NCBI GenBank assembly: GCA_037310415.1
Contig: CP147780.1
Location: forward strand, 928,001-992,000
Length of the DNA: 64,000 nucleotides
Direction of reading: 5' to 3'
Origin: Candidatus Atabeyarchaeum deiterrae
GTDB lineage: Archaea; Asgardarchaeota; Atabeyarchaeia; Atabeyarchaeales; Atabeyarchaeaceae
In this document: positions 41,301-52,927 of the stretch, piece after piece
Numbering within the stretch: the first letter of the stretch is position 1
How the letters are laid out: each line of letters starts with the position of its first letter
Program-made: the position numbers and the translations under genes
The notes under the pieces: model-generated
The model's database searches: none
Seen by the model: only the letters and a program-made list of their open reading frames with translations
Told to the model about the DNA's origin: nothing

Positions 41301-41626
41301 TCGAATAATCCGTGTTTCGCTGATTCATATCCACAGTTGAGTGCAGTTTGGCCACCGAATCCAAGGAGGATCCCGTCAGGTCTCTCACTTTCTAAAATTC
41401 GCTCCACATAATCTGTCTCAATCGGTACAAGATATACTCTGTCTGCTATCCTCGGATCCGTCTGAATTGTAGCAATGTTTGGGTTGATTAGGACAGTCTC
41501 GATTCCCTCTTCCTTGAGAGCTTTTAGTGCCTGCGAGCCTGAGTAGTCAAATTCGCCAGCTTCGCCAATCTTTATTGATCCGCTCCCGAGGACCATTACT
41601 TTCTTGATCCCAGGCATTCGAGGCAA
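38315..41626 (-). CDS. carB: carbamoyl-phosphate synthase large subunit
   Basis: GEFDYSG, two ATP-grasp domains, C-terminal MGS domain. Confidence 0.97.
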   Translation of the reverse strand: MPRMPGIKKVMVLGSGSIKIGEAGEFDYSGSQALKALKEEGIETVLINPNIATIQTDPRIADRVYLVPIETDYVERILESERPDGILLGFGGQTALNCGYESAKHGLFEKYNVKVLGISIESIEVADDRERFRETMIQEHITVPRSSIATSVDEAVKVAERIGYPVMIRVAYTLGGKGSGVANSEMELREIASRGLAQSMAQKILVEEYLGHWKEIEYEICRDYADNCIAVCNMENFDPMGVHTGDSIVVAPSQTLNDNEYQLLRDVAFRVVRVLKIVGECNVQFALSPTSDEYRVIEVNSRLSRSSALASKATGYPLAFIAAKLAIGYTLLELTNKVTQITTACFEPAMDYIVVKIPRWDLQKFPKANRHIGTQMKSVGEVMGIGTCFEEAIQKAVRMLEIGKIGLVCNYEEDEHESTEKLEDALANPTDERLFKIVKALKLGFSVQKINKLTGIDQFFLHKISGIIEKERELRLKNHLDSETRGTEHRYLREAKELGFSDLQIARCLGTSEGVVRQLRKSLGITPIVRQIDTLAAEWEAQTNYLYLTYGGTEDDISFDFADKKVLVLGSGTYRIGASVEFDNSCVNAVWSLKKLGVGQVVVINCNPETVSTDYDIADKLYFEELSFERVSDICEKEKPYGVIVSVGGQTPNNLALPLSKSEIPILGTAAEDIDRSEDRSKFSSLLISLDIPQPKWMKLVKIEDAKKFAREMGFPVLVRPSYVLSGAAMRVAIDEEQLNSFLRLATQVSEDHPVVISKFIENAKECEVDAVCDREDVLIGAIIEHIESAGVHSGDATMTIPATSLEDNIICTLEEYTTKIAKALRICGPFNVQYLVKDGQVSVIECNLRASRSLPFVSKTTGINLIFLATAFMLGRKLSSYNLPKKLTLPSHFAVKVPQFSFMRLDGADTILSVEMMSTGEVACIGDDLHNTLLMSLHSAETYIPTNGGKLFVSVGGKRLKEEVIPIVRAFEEAGYEVYATEHTAEALRALGLEVEVLYKIGEPFRKPNLLDYITNRKLDIIINVPSASTMDKYASMMDDEYIMRRKAVEFNIPVFTNLQLARVLAQAVSAESLRNGNNKRRVKSHLIPLNEYMENVPYKLW

Positions 41627-41641
41627 TCATGTTCTCCCTCC

Positions 41642-42802
41642 TCAACCCGCCTTCCTAACCCATCCAGCGAATACGTCAAAAAGGAATTCAAGCTCGCTCG
41701 GACCGGGTGAATGCTCCGGGTGATGCTGAATGGACATCGCCTTCATTGATTCATGCCTGATCCCTTCAACGGTTCTGTCATTCGCGTTCAGAAACGAAAC
41801 AGATAGACCGGTCTTCTCAAGTGAGTTCGCGTCAACAGCAAATCCGTGATTTGCGCTTGATATGTAGCAGCGCCCTGAGTGCAAGTCAATTATCGGGGAA
41901 TTAACGCTCCGATGACCAAACTTCAACTTATACGTCGAACCGCCTAATGACAAAGCGAAGATCTGGTTTCCGAGACATACCGAAAACATTGGCAGCCTGT
42001 CTGCAAGTAATTTGCTGACAGTTTCAATTGTTCTGACACACACCTTTGGATCGCCAGGACCGTTGCTGACCACAAATCCCTGAGGTCCGTACTCAAGAAT
42101 CTCGTCTTCGCCCGTACTAGGCGGAACCCTGACAACCTTTAGATTTCTCTCAAGTAGTTCTCTTAGGATCGACTTCTTGGCACCACAATCTATCAAAACG
42201 ACAGTTGGTTTGTCTTTCTCATCACTTTCTCCATATATTACGGGCTCCTTGACTGACACTTGAGCAACAAGGTCCCTTTTGTTTGGGTCGTCAATGCTAC
42301 AAACATCTTTCAATAGACGGCTGATGTCGGCCTCCTCGTCTTCCTCAAAGACTTCAACCATGCCCAACATGACACCGTGGACTCGCAATCGCTTAGTCAA
42401 GGCCCTTGTATCAATTCCATATATGCCAGGTATGCCCTCAGACCTCAGCCATCCGTCGAGTGATGTAGAAGAGGACCAATGGCTTGGAGATTTGCACACC
42501 TCATGTACGACAAGAGCCCTTACCTTGATTGAATCGGACTCAAACCATTTTGGAAGATTCCATGAATCAACCTCTTTGAGCTGGGGGACTCCATAGTTGC
42601 CAACCAGAGGATAAGTGTATACCAGAATTTGTCCCCAATAGGACGGATCTGTGAGTGCCTCGTTATACCCATACATGGCCGTGTTGAAGACGACCTCTCC
42701 CCCAACTTTGCGAGAGGCACCAAAAGCAAAACCTTGGAAGACAGTTCCATCTTCGAGAACAAGGGCAGCATTCCTTCTCCCTTGATTCCCAGACTTCTCC
42801 AA
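41642..42802 (-). CDS. carA: carbamoyl-phosphate synthase small subunit
   Basis: LEDGT, TDPSY, SNGPGDP, CLG, NHGFAVD, HPE. Confidence 0.97.
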   Translation of the reverse strand: MEKSGNQGRRNAALVLEDGTVFQGFAFGASRKVGGEVVFNTAMYGYNEALTDPSYWGQILVYTYPLVGNYGVPQLKEVDSWNLPKWFESDSIKVRALVVHEVCKSPSHWSSSTSLDGWLRSEGIPGIYGIDTRALTKRLRVHGVMLGMVEVFEEDEEADISRLLKDVCSIDDPNKRDLVAQVSVKEPVIYGESDEKDKPTVVLIDCGAKKSILRELLERNLKVVRVPPSTGEDEILEYGPQGFVVSNGPGDPKVCVRTIETVSKLLADRLPMFSVCLGNQIFALSLGGSTYKLKFGHRSVNSPIIDLHSGRCYISSANHGFAVDANSLEKTGLSVSFLNANDRTVEGIRHESMKAMSIQHHPEHSPGPSELEFLFDVFAGWVRKAG

Positions 42803-42864
42803 GTATTCGTAACCCTCAAAATTGGGAGCGAATGTTACTTATAAGTATTTCTTACAAGCGTCAG

Positions 42865-43203
42865 CTATTTCTTGATCTTCATAGATTTCATTAAAGAATC
42901 TCCTTCGGATTTAGTTTGCTCCCACAATACCGAAATTTCACTTTGGAGTTTGATTGATGGGTTCTTCTTGAAGTCCGAGGTCAGTTCGGTCAGTTTGAAA
43001 ATGTTCTTCACCAGAGGAGACCTAGATACTAGCATGCGCTCTCTCGAAACATCTACATCAAGTATAATTGTGTTGTCTAAGGCGAGCGATTCACCTAGCA
43101 CCTTGCTTGCAACCAGGCTTCCATCTCTTATGGTTGCTCTCACGATGTCTTCTGCTATCTTTTTTGATGGGTCATTCACGTCATATACACTGAATTCACA
43201 CAT
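42865..43203 (-). CDS. CooT-like small protein with C-terminal extension
   Basis: MCEF.VY N-terminus, EDIV, VLGE. Confidence 0.55.
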   Translation of the reverse strand: MCEFSVYDVNDPSKKIAEDIVRATIRDGSLVASKVLGESLALDNTIILDVDVSRERMLVSRSPLVKNIFKLTELTSDFKKNPSIKLQSEISVLWEQTKSEGDSLMKSMKIKK

Positions 43204-43222
43204 GTCTCAGAGACCTCTTCTT

Positions 43223-44797
43223 CTATTCTTTTCTTCTCCCAGAGAAAAACGGTTTCATTGCTTCGTAGATATTCTCTATGATTAGTATTGGAGTCAGACT
43301 GTCTGCAACTTTCGAGTAGGCAATGTCCCCCGCCTTTCCACAGACAAATGCTGCTGCAGCAGCCGCCTCGAAAGGTGATTGCGTCCAAGATAAGAATGTC
43401 GCGGCTATACCTGAAAGAACATCGCCTACTCCGCCTTTGGCCATACCTGTGTTACCGGTGAAGTTAACCTTATGTTTCTGCCCATCAGTGATGACTGCCA
43501 AACCATTAGAGACTTTCAAAAGGACGGTGGCACCAAGTTTCCTCGTCTCTCCCAGTGCCGTATCCAAAACCTCGTCTAGCTCGTCGGTGCTAGATATCCC
43601 AGAACCGGTAAGTGTTTTGAATTCCCCTAGGTGAGGTGTAAGAATCACATTCATTCCTTTGATGGCTGACTTATTCTTAGAAAGCAGTTTCAATCCATCC
43701 GCGTCTATCACTGTAGGTTTCTTCTTGACAGCAATTCTCTTCAAGACTTCAGTGAAGGCTTTCTCAGTGTTCTCAGCTAGTCCCAATCCGGGACCAATTA
43801 CAGCTGATGTGGCCCAATCAAGTAGTTCGTCAACCACAGACACAGATTCCAGTGTTAGGGCTCTGCCATGCAAGTCTCTGACTATCAGCTCCGGGGAAAA
43901 ACTCCTGATGACATTTGACACAGATGATGGAGCTGCTACAATAGCGAGGCCCGCACCGGTCCTCAGGGCGGCCAGAGCGGAGAAACAAGGAGCCCCTGAG
44001 TACTGATCGCTGCCACCGACAATCAGAATCCTGCCATAGTCGTTCTTATGAAGAATCTTTTGTCTTGGCTTAACGGCATGTCTGACGTCACCAGGTCCAA
44101 CAACTAGTTCGGCTTCAACAGGGATGCCAATCCCTCTGACCACTAGTTCACCAGTATATTCTTGGCATGCCGTAAGACCTTTCTTGGTTCTATGGAAGGT
44201 CACTGTTGCATTCGCTCGGACTGCAACATCCGTTACTTCTCCTGTGTCGGGATTTATGCCAGAGGGAATGTCAACAGCAACCTTCAATGCGCTGGAACTG
44301 TTTATCAAAGTTATTGCACTTGTTGTCGGCTCTCTGAGCTTTCCAGTGATTCCCGTTCCGAGGATTGCATCGATTATAACATTAGTTTCTCTGACTAGTT
44401 TCGCCACGCCACTTAGTTCAGACGAGTCTCTTATGACATGTCTCTTTATGCTGAAAACCATTTTCTCAGTTGCAGCGTAGTTCTGAGCGGCCTCAGTAGT
44501 ACGTATGTCCTTTGGTGAGCCGAGTAATACTACATCAACGAATGCACCCGCATGTGCCAAGTGTCTCGCTGCGACGAAACCGTCTCCACCATTGTTTCCA
44601 GTCCCTGCGAACAAAAGAATTCTTTTTCCTTTGACGTCGTTGTGCAGCTTGTCCAAGACTAAGTTGGCCACCTCTTTGCCCGCATTCTCCATCAAGCAGA
44701 GTTTCGAAACTCCAAGATATTCAGAGTTCTCATCAAGGATAGCAACTTCATCGGACGTCATATCTTCGCCGCTCGGGCGACTGGTCCCTCTCGACAT
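43223..44797 (-). CDS. nnr: bifunctional NAD(P)H-hydrate epimerase/dehydratase
   Basis: LMENAG, GNNGGDG, DAILGTG, VDIPSG, DADGL, TPHLGEF, GG.GDVLSG. Confidence 0.93.
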   Translation of the reverse strand: MSRGTSRPSGEDMTSDEVAILDENSEYLGVSKLCLMENAGKEVANLVLDKLHNDVKGKRILLFAGTGNNGGDGFVAARHLAHAGAFVDVVLLGSPKDIRTTEAAQNYAATEKMVFSIKRHVIRDSSELSGVAKLVRETNVIIDAILGTGITGKLREPTTSAITLINSSSALKVAVDIPSGINPDTGEVTDVAVRANATVTFHRTKKGLTACQEYTGELVVRGIGIPVEAELVVGPGDVRHAVKPRQKILHKNDYGRILIVGGSDQYSGAPCFSALAALRTGAGLAIVAAPSSVSNVIRSFSPELIVRDLHGRALTLESVSVVDELLDWATSAVIGPGLGLAENTEKAFTEVLKRIAVKKKPTVIDADGLKLLSKNKSAIKGMNVILTPHLGEFKTLTGSGISSTDELDEVLDTALGETRKLGATVLLKVSNGLAVITDGQKHKVNFTGNTGMAKGGVGDVLSGIAATFLSWTQSPFEAAAAAAFVCGKAGDIAYSKVADSLTPILIIENIYEAMKPFFSGRRKE

Positions 44798-44890
44798 GAT
44801 TGGAAACCCTCCAAGGGTAAGCTCGTCAATATTATACCTGCTATGTAATGCATCCCAGAAAAGCCTTTTCATATGGCGAAACAGGGACGG

Positions 44891-45709
44891 TTAGACGGTC
44901 TGCTTTTCCGTTCTTCTCTTCATTGAATAGAGTAATTCATTCTTATGGATCATGAATCCTTCATCTCTGTGCTTAACATACACGTCAGTAAGTCGAGTCG
45001 CATCGGCCAGATTCATCAGAACTCTCGGTGAAGGAGATTTGATCCTTCTGATGTTCTCGTCACATGCATGCTCAGGGACGAATTCCTGAAGCGTGTAGCT
45101 CGCAGTGTTCTTTGAAGCTCTTGCTTCATAGTTCAGAGATCTTAGGATCTCTCCTATGCTGGTGAACTCGTGTGCCCTGTCGTTGAGAGTCGGAATGACT
45201 GTCGTTCTGAGATCCAGATAGATTTCGTCGTGCTTCATTAATTCCTCAAGGCTTTGGAGGGTATTGGCTGCTATATCCTTGCCTTTGCCAGGCAAACCAA
45301 TCATCTTTTCCATTGAATCGGGGTTTGTTGGAGATGCTTTCAGATCCAAGGAGACTAGGTCAGACCAGGTGATCAGCTCCTTGATGACTTGATGCAAGAA
45401 TCCATTCGTGTCAAAACCGAATAGCAGCCCCCTACTATGGCTATACTTGCTGACTTCCTTGAGGAACTCTGGGTACAGAGTAGGTTCTCCACCAGTGACT
45501 TTGACGGCCTCGATTGTTGGGTTCGCCCGATCGATGAATCTGAATACGTCCTCTATCTCCTTCTCGTACTCTGGTTTCATCTCAAGTATGTTCCAGTTCT
45601 GGCAAGAGGGGCACCTATAGTTGCACAAAGGGGTGAAAATGACAGCAGCTGGTCTCTTGGGATAGTCAACTGAGCTTAAGTCAAGAAGCCCGGCAACAAA
45701 CACTTTCAT
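44891..45709 (-). CDS. nrdG: anaerobic ribonucleotide reductase activating radical SAM enzyme
   Basis: SSVDYP, CNYRCPSC, TGGEPT, DTNG, DLKA, RTTVIP. Confidence 0.85.
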   Translation of the reverse strand: MKVFVAGLLDLSSVDYPKRPAAVIFTPLCNYRCPSCQNWNILEMKPEYEKEIEDVFRFIDRANPTIEAVKVTGGEPTLYPEFLKEVSKYSHSRGLLFGFDTNGFLHQVIKELITWSDLVSLDLKASPTNPDSMEKMIGLPGKGKDIAANTLQSLEELMKHDEIYLDLRTTVIPTLNDRAHEFTSIGEILRSLNYEARASKNTASYTLQEFVPEHACDENIRRIKSPSPRVLMNLADATRLTDVYVKHRDEGFMIHKNELLYSMKRRTEKQTV

Positions 45710-45773
45710 GACTTCTCCTCCTAGGCAGAGGATTTTCCGAGAAGTAAGAGAGAGCAACGATCTCTGGCGGTTA

Positions 45774-46562
45774 TCATGTGTAAATATAGACTGGGCTGTT
45801 CTTCAGCTCCTGTTGCTTGGCTTTGTCTGTGTGCTCAGCGAGTTCACGTAACTGTTTCTTCACGGTTTTGGCTTCGTTAATTAAGGCTTGCACATCTGTA
45901 TTCACGCCTCGCACTTTGCCAAGTACTTTGACCACTTCGGCGGCAGACGCAGGGTCTGGAACCTGTTCCGTTGCTTCTACGAGGAGACATATTCCATTTA
46001 GTTCTCTTGTCAGACACTCATTCATTACAGCTCCTGGCAGTCCCCCGAGGAACCCTATGGGTAGTCTTGGTATATCGTGTTTCTCCAATTCGTTCAGTAT
46101 TTCAGGTTCAGCGACTCCGTAGACCACTTTCTTCCCTTCTTGTTCTTGCTGCTTAGCAAAGCCTTCTACGCATATCAGCTCGGCAGCGCCCTTCTTCTGC
46201 GCCCATTCACATATAGTGTAAGCGAAGTAAGGCAGTGACACATTTGGAAGTGGGACCTCAGACATTATTGTCACGAGTTTGCCATCTTTTGTCGAGTGTA
46301 TTCTGATCGGAGCTCTAAGCACTCCACCATAGAAAGGTGTTACTGGTGGCGTGAAAGGGGACCTAATTGTTCCAACTGGCTTCATGTTCAACATAGATAC
46401 AAGATGGTGAGTCACTATGGTGCCAATGAGCCCAGGTCCTGGGAAACCGACAATTACAATAGGCCGATCGAGAGTGGTCTCCTTGGTCTCGATTATCTCA
46501 GCGCCTTTTGATATGTCTGCAGGGAAAGCCATCATGATAGTCACTCCTTGAGTTGGCGACAA
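45774..46562 (-). CDS. PAC2-family proteasome assembly chaperone/activator (Pba-like) with C-terminal HbYX (IYT)
   Basis: VGFPGPGLIG, PIRI, PDPASA, C-terminus IYT. Confidence 0.88.
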   Translation of the reverse strand: MSPTQGVTIMMAFPADISKGAEIIETKETTLDRPIVIVGFPGPGLIGTIVTHHLVSMLNMKPVGTIRSPFTPPVTPFYGGVLRAPIRIHSTKDGKLVTIMSEVPLPNVSLPYFAYTICEWAQKKGAAELICVEGFAKQQEQEGKKVVYGVAEPEILNELEKHDIPRLPIGFLGGLPGAVMNECLTRELNGICLLVEATEQVPDPASAAEVVKVLGKVRGVNTDVQALINEAKTVKKQLRELAEHTDKAKQQELKNSPVYIYT

Positions 46563-46656
46563 TATTATCTACTATTTACGGGCATATCAGTTGTTGATAG
46601 ATATATAGGAGACAGCTCTGGATTTAAGATAGAACCCTCATGATCCGCATCTCGTT

Positions 46657-47232
46657 TTGACAGGGGTGCATTATAACCTAATGTCACTCGAAGGCGAGTC
46701 AGATCAGGAAGATGTTAACGTCCCATTTGTATCGTCCTCTGAACTCGTCATACGTAAGATGCTTGAGATGGTCAAACTTCGACCAGAAGACATTCTTATC
46801 GACTTGGGATGTGGCAAGGGTAAGGTCATAGTAATGGCATCACAGGATTTCGGAGCAAGTTGCATCGGAATTGAGAGGCGAGAAGACCTAGTAGTTGAAG
46901 CTGGCAAAGCAATAAGAGATCTGGGCCTCTCTCGTCGGGCAGCAGTAGTACGCGGTGATATCTTCTCATTTGACTTGAGGAACGCAGATGTAGTAATATG
47001 CTATCTCCTTACAGTCATAAATAAGAAACTTGAACCGAAAATTGAGAAGGAACTTAAACTTGACGCAAGACTGATCAGTCATGATTTTGAATTCCCAGAC
47101 TGGAAGCCGAGTCAGTTCACGATGCTTCATGAGGGTTGGCTTGACCACAAAATATACCTCTATAGGAAGGAAAGCTGGAGTAGTTTCAAGAAGAAGAGTG
47201 GCGAACCAGAACCCGCTTGGAGATCGCTATGA
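46657..47232 (+). CDS. class I SAM-dependent methyltransferase (FAM173/archaeal lysine MTase-like)
   Basis: VPFVSS, DLGCGKG, ADVVICYL, SHDF. Confidence 0.8.
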   Translation: MTGVHYNLMSLEGESDQEDVNVPFVSSSELVIRKMLEMVKLRPEDILIDLGCGKGKVIVMASQDFGASCIGIERREDLVVEAGKAIRDLGLSRRAAVVRGDIFSFDLRNADVVICYLLTVINKKLEPKIEKELKLDARLISHDFEFPDWKPSQFTMLHEGWLDHKIYLYRKESWSSFKKKSGEPEPAWRSL

Positions 47233-47261
47233 TATGAACTTGGTTCTTTGGTCTCGCTTGC

Positions 47262-48767
47262 CTAGCTTACCTTTCCCAGCAGCATTCCTTCGACAGTGAT
47301 TGGTTCTATTTTCATCGTTAGGGCCTGAGCCTCAGAGAGCTTCCCTTCGCTCTCAGCGTAAATCTCGATCAGAGGATCACCTTTCTTAACAATGTAACCC
47401 CTTTTGGCATGCAGCTTTATTCCCGCGCCTTTATCGATCGGAGCTCCAGCCGCTCGAGCTATGCTCTTAATCGCTTCGTTGTCCACGCTGACGACATACC
47501 CATCTGCAGGGGACATTATCTTCACTCGGTGATCCCCGATCGAAATGTCAGCAGGCTTGACGTGGGGATTCCCCCCTTGTGCCTCTATAATCTCCCTCAT
47601 TTTCTCCAAGGCCTTGCCGGAGGTGAGTATCTCTTTTGCCATCTCCTGACCATGCCCTCTCGGCGTCGTGCCACTCATTTCCAGTAGAACCCCGGCCAAT
47701 GCGGTCGATTTCTCGATTAGACTTGTTGGCCCATTCCCTCCTAGTGCCTCAAGAGCCTCTTTAGCTTCTAAAGCGGGCCCGACAGTGTGGCCCACTGGTT
47801 GTTCACCGTAGGTAATGCCACACTCGATCTTAACACCGAATTTCTGTCCGAGTTCAACGAACTCTCTTCCAAGTGTTCGACCTTCCTCAATGTTCTCGAC
47901 TTTAGTGCCATGTCCCACAGGAAGGTCGAGTGCCAAGAAATCTACCCCCACTGCAAGTTTCTTGGCCATGATTGAGGCCATCATTTGTGCCTTCGGGTTG
48001 ATCTGGAGAGAATACTCAACGCGCATAAACAAATCGTCCGCCGGGGCCAGATTTAGCGATCCTCCCCAAACGATTACTCCACGTGTCTTTTTTACTATCT
48101 TCTTTAGCTCCTCGGTTCCGAAAGAAATGGGAGCCAGCACACTCATACTATCAGCTGTTCCAGAGGGAGAAGTTATTGCTTTGCTGCTTGTCTTGGGTAT
48201 GAGAAGGCCCGTTGACGCAACAATTGGCACGATCAGCAAGCTAACCTTATTCCCTGGGACACCACCTATAGAATGCTTGTCGTAAGCGGGTTCCTCAAAA
48301 TCGATAACCTCGCCACTTCCAACTATAGCGTCGGTTAGGGATTTGACTTCGTTTAAATCAAATCCTTCGTAGTGTTGAGCAAACAGGAATCCCGCTATTT
48401 CCAAGTCGCTTAGGTTGCCAGTCATAACGTCCTTGACTATGGTTTTTATTTCATCTTTTGCCAGTTTGACTCCCTTCATCTTCTTCCTGATAAAGCCAGT
48501 CGATTCGGGAGCTTCAGTAAGAACTACACCAATTGATTCGCCGTCATGTACACTTAGTTCTGACTGAACATTTCCATATACTCCGACATAGCCTGGGTCA
48601 ATGAATGACTTTGTTGTCTCTACAATAGCGACAATCCTTCTGGCACCAACGCGCAGTGTAACGCGATCGTATACATTGATTCCTTCCTTATCAGCGTCAA
48701 ATACATTCAACAGTGCTTCTCTCTTGTTGGAGACAATGTCAAGGACTTTAGCTCTCAATTCCACCAT
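47262..48767 (-). CDS. AMP phosphorylase
   Basis: DKHSIGGVPGNK, PKTSSKAITSPSGTAD, LAPADD, GPALEA, GAPIDKGAG; ATG 48767. Confidence 0.93.
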   Translation of the reverse strand: MVELRAKVLDIVSNKREALLNVFDADKEGINVYDRVTLRVGARRIVAIVETTKSFIDPGYVGVYGNVQSELSVHDGESIGVVLTEAPESTGFIRKKMKGVKLAKDEIKTIVKDVMTGNLSDLEIAGFLFAQHYEGFDLNEVKSLTDAIVGSGEVIDFEEPAYDKHSIGGVPGNKVSLLIVPIVASTGLLIPKTSSKAITSPSGTADSMSVLAPISFGTEELKKIVKKTRGVIVWGGSLNLAPADDLFMRVEYSLQINPKAQMMASIMAKKLAVGVDFLALDLPVGHGTKVENIEEGRTLGREFVELGQKFGVKIECGITYGEQPVGHTVGPALEAKEALEALGGNGPTSLIEKSTALAGVLLEMSGTTPRGHGQEMAKEILTSGKALEKMREIIEAQGGNPHVKPADISIGDHRVKIMSPADGYVVSVDNEAIKSIARAAGAPIDKGAGIKLHAKRGYIVKKGDPLIEIYAESEGKLSEAQALTMKIEPITVEGMLLGKVS

Positions 48768-48847
48768 TTGTATTTCCCCCAATAGGATGCAGTCTGCAGA
48801 AAAGAGGTTACAGTTGCCCGTATTACTTACTCTCATAGATGATCTTA

Positions 48848-49768
48848 TTAATGCTCCTTGGATTCCTCGATATACCTCTCGGCCAAGAATGCAGCAAGTG
48901 CTCCGTCTCCCACGGCGGTGGCGACCTGCCTCAGGAGCTTTGCTCGGCAATCCCCTGCTGCAAAAACACCTCTCATTGATGTTTCCAGATTCTCGTTGGT
49001 TACTATGAACTTGTTTTCGTCTTTTTTGACATCAATGAATTCTGTGTTTGGGCTATTTCCTGCGTATAGGAAAACACCGTTTACATCAAGTTTTCTCTTC
49101 TTTTCGTCCTTCACATTTCTAACGATGACAGCCTCGACTCTTTCATTTCCGATGATCTCCTCTACAACGGAATCCCACACGAGCTCGATTTTTGGATTGG
49201 ATAATGCACGCTCTTGGGTCACCTTTTCCGCTCTTAGCTGAGCTCTCCGATGTATCATGTACACTTTTCTTGCGAGTCTAGATAGAAATAACGCTTCTTG
49301 AACGGCCGAGTTACCTCCCCCGACCACGCACACATCCTTGTTTTGAAAGAATCGACCATCGCACACAGCGCAAAAAGACACTCCCCTCCCAATGAGGTTC
49401 TCTTCTCCCTTGACTCCCAATCGCTTTGGCTGGGTTCCAGATGCAACTATGACGCTTCGAGTCACGTAGTCCTCCTCTGTTGTCTTGACGGTTTTCGTGC
49501 TTCCCTTATCCACGATCTGTAATACTTGCGAATTAATGATGTCTACTCCGAGCTTCCTTGCATGCGCTTCCATCAGGTTAGCTAGGTCTTGACCGCCGAT
49601 CTCAGGGAACCCAGGATAGTTTTCCATGGCATCGGTGAGTGCTATCTGACCGCCAGGAGCTAGTTTCTCGATCAAAAGAGTTTTGAGTTTAGCTCTCTCG
49701 GCATAAATGCTTGCAGTCAAGCCTGCGGGGCCTCCTCCGACAATGATTAGATCAAAGACATTAGACAT
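48848..49768 (-). CDS. trxB: thioredoxin-disulfide reductase
   Basis: GGGPAG, CAVC, GGGNSA, HRR, FAAGD. Confidence 0.95.
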   Translation of the reverse strand: MSNVFDLIIVGGGPAGLTASIYAERAKLKTLLIEKLAPGGQIALTDAMENYPGFPEIGGQDLANLMEAHARKLGVDIINSQVLQIVDKGSTKTVKTTEEDYVTRSVIVASGTQPKRLGVKGEENLIGRGVSFCAVCDGRFFQNKDVCVVGGGNSAVQEALFLSRLARKVYMIHRRAQLRAEKVTQERALSNPKIELVWDSVVEEIIGNERVEAVIVRNVKDEKKRKLDVNGVFLYAGNSPNTEFIDVKKDENKFIVTNENLETSMRGVFAAGDCRAKLLRQVATAVGDGALAAFLAERYIEESKEH

Positions 49769-49970
49769 TGCCTTAACCCATCCGAATTGCCTTTTTCTTG
49801 AGCACCCGTGTACCAGTTTGCGGTACTCCAATCACTGCCAGTATCGAAATCTGAAAAGTAGCATTCCCCCAAGTGCTAAATACTTGTTTGATCGCGGCTT
49901 CCCAAAAAGAAGGAAAGCCAAGTTAAAATCACTTTTGGATTCAGAGGTATTATGCCAAATTGGTGACCGT

Positions 49971-50444
49971 TTAACTGCCGACGAGGGTTTCCTCGGTACT
50001 CTCCGGCAGGTTCTCCTTGGTAATCGAGTATTGGCCCATGACGGTTTCCTTGACGTAGATCGGGCATCCTGCCCTGACTGCCACTGCGATACAGTCGCTC
50101 GGTCTTGCGTCGATGATAGTATTGGCTCCAACCACTTGAAGTGCAAGCCTTCCTATGTATATGCCGTTGATTACGTCAATGATGCTGACATTCTCAACGG
50201 TGGTATTCAACTCCCTAAGAATAGAAATCACTAGGTCATGAGTACCTGGTCTCTGTGGTCTAGCCCTAAGCATTGCCATCTCGATTGATGCTGCTTCGCT
50301 CGGGCCTATGAAGATCGGGAGTATTCTTCCTTTGTTATCGGTGAGGAGAACAACTGGAGACGGTCCGCTTCTTGTTTGAGCAACATATACTCCTGTAACC
50401 GATACAGCAGTATTATCTTCTAATTCGCTTGGCAGTTTTTCCAC
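49971..50444 (-). CDS. bifunctional nuclease (DUF151) family protein
   Basis: LPIFIG..EA, RPGTHDL, DARPSD. Confidence 0.9.
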   Translation of the reverse strand: MEKLPSELEDNTAVSVTGVYVAQTRSGPSPVVLLTDNKGRILPIFIGPSEAASIEMAMLRARPQRPGTHDLVISILRELNTTVENVSIIDVINGIYIGRLALQVVGANTIIDARPSDCIAVAVRAGCPIYVKETVMGQYSITKENLPESTEETLVGS

Positions 50445-50601
50445 CTTCGCTACTATCTACTACCTGTTCTTGAGAGACCCCCCTCAGGTTCCTGCGCGCA
50501 GACTATTCACTCAGCATCAAGTGGGTGGGTTTGTGAGTTCCGCGTTATCGACGGAAGCAATCGATGCTTATTTTAAGCTTTCTGCTATTTCGATGAGAAT
50601 T

Positions 50602-52893
<2,292 letters not shown>

Positions 52894-52927
52894 TTAACCT
52901 TATTCCTTAATGAGCGTTTAGTAAAGG

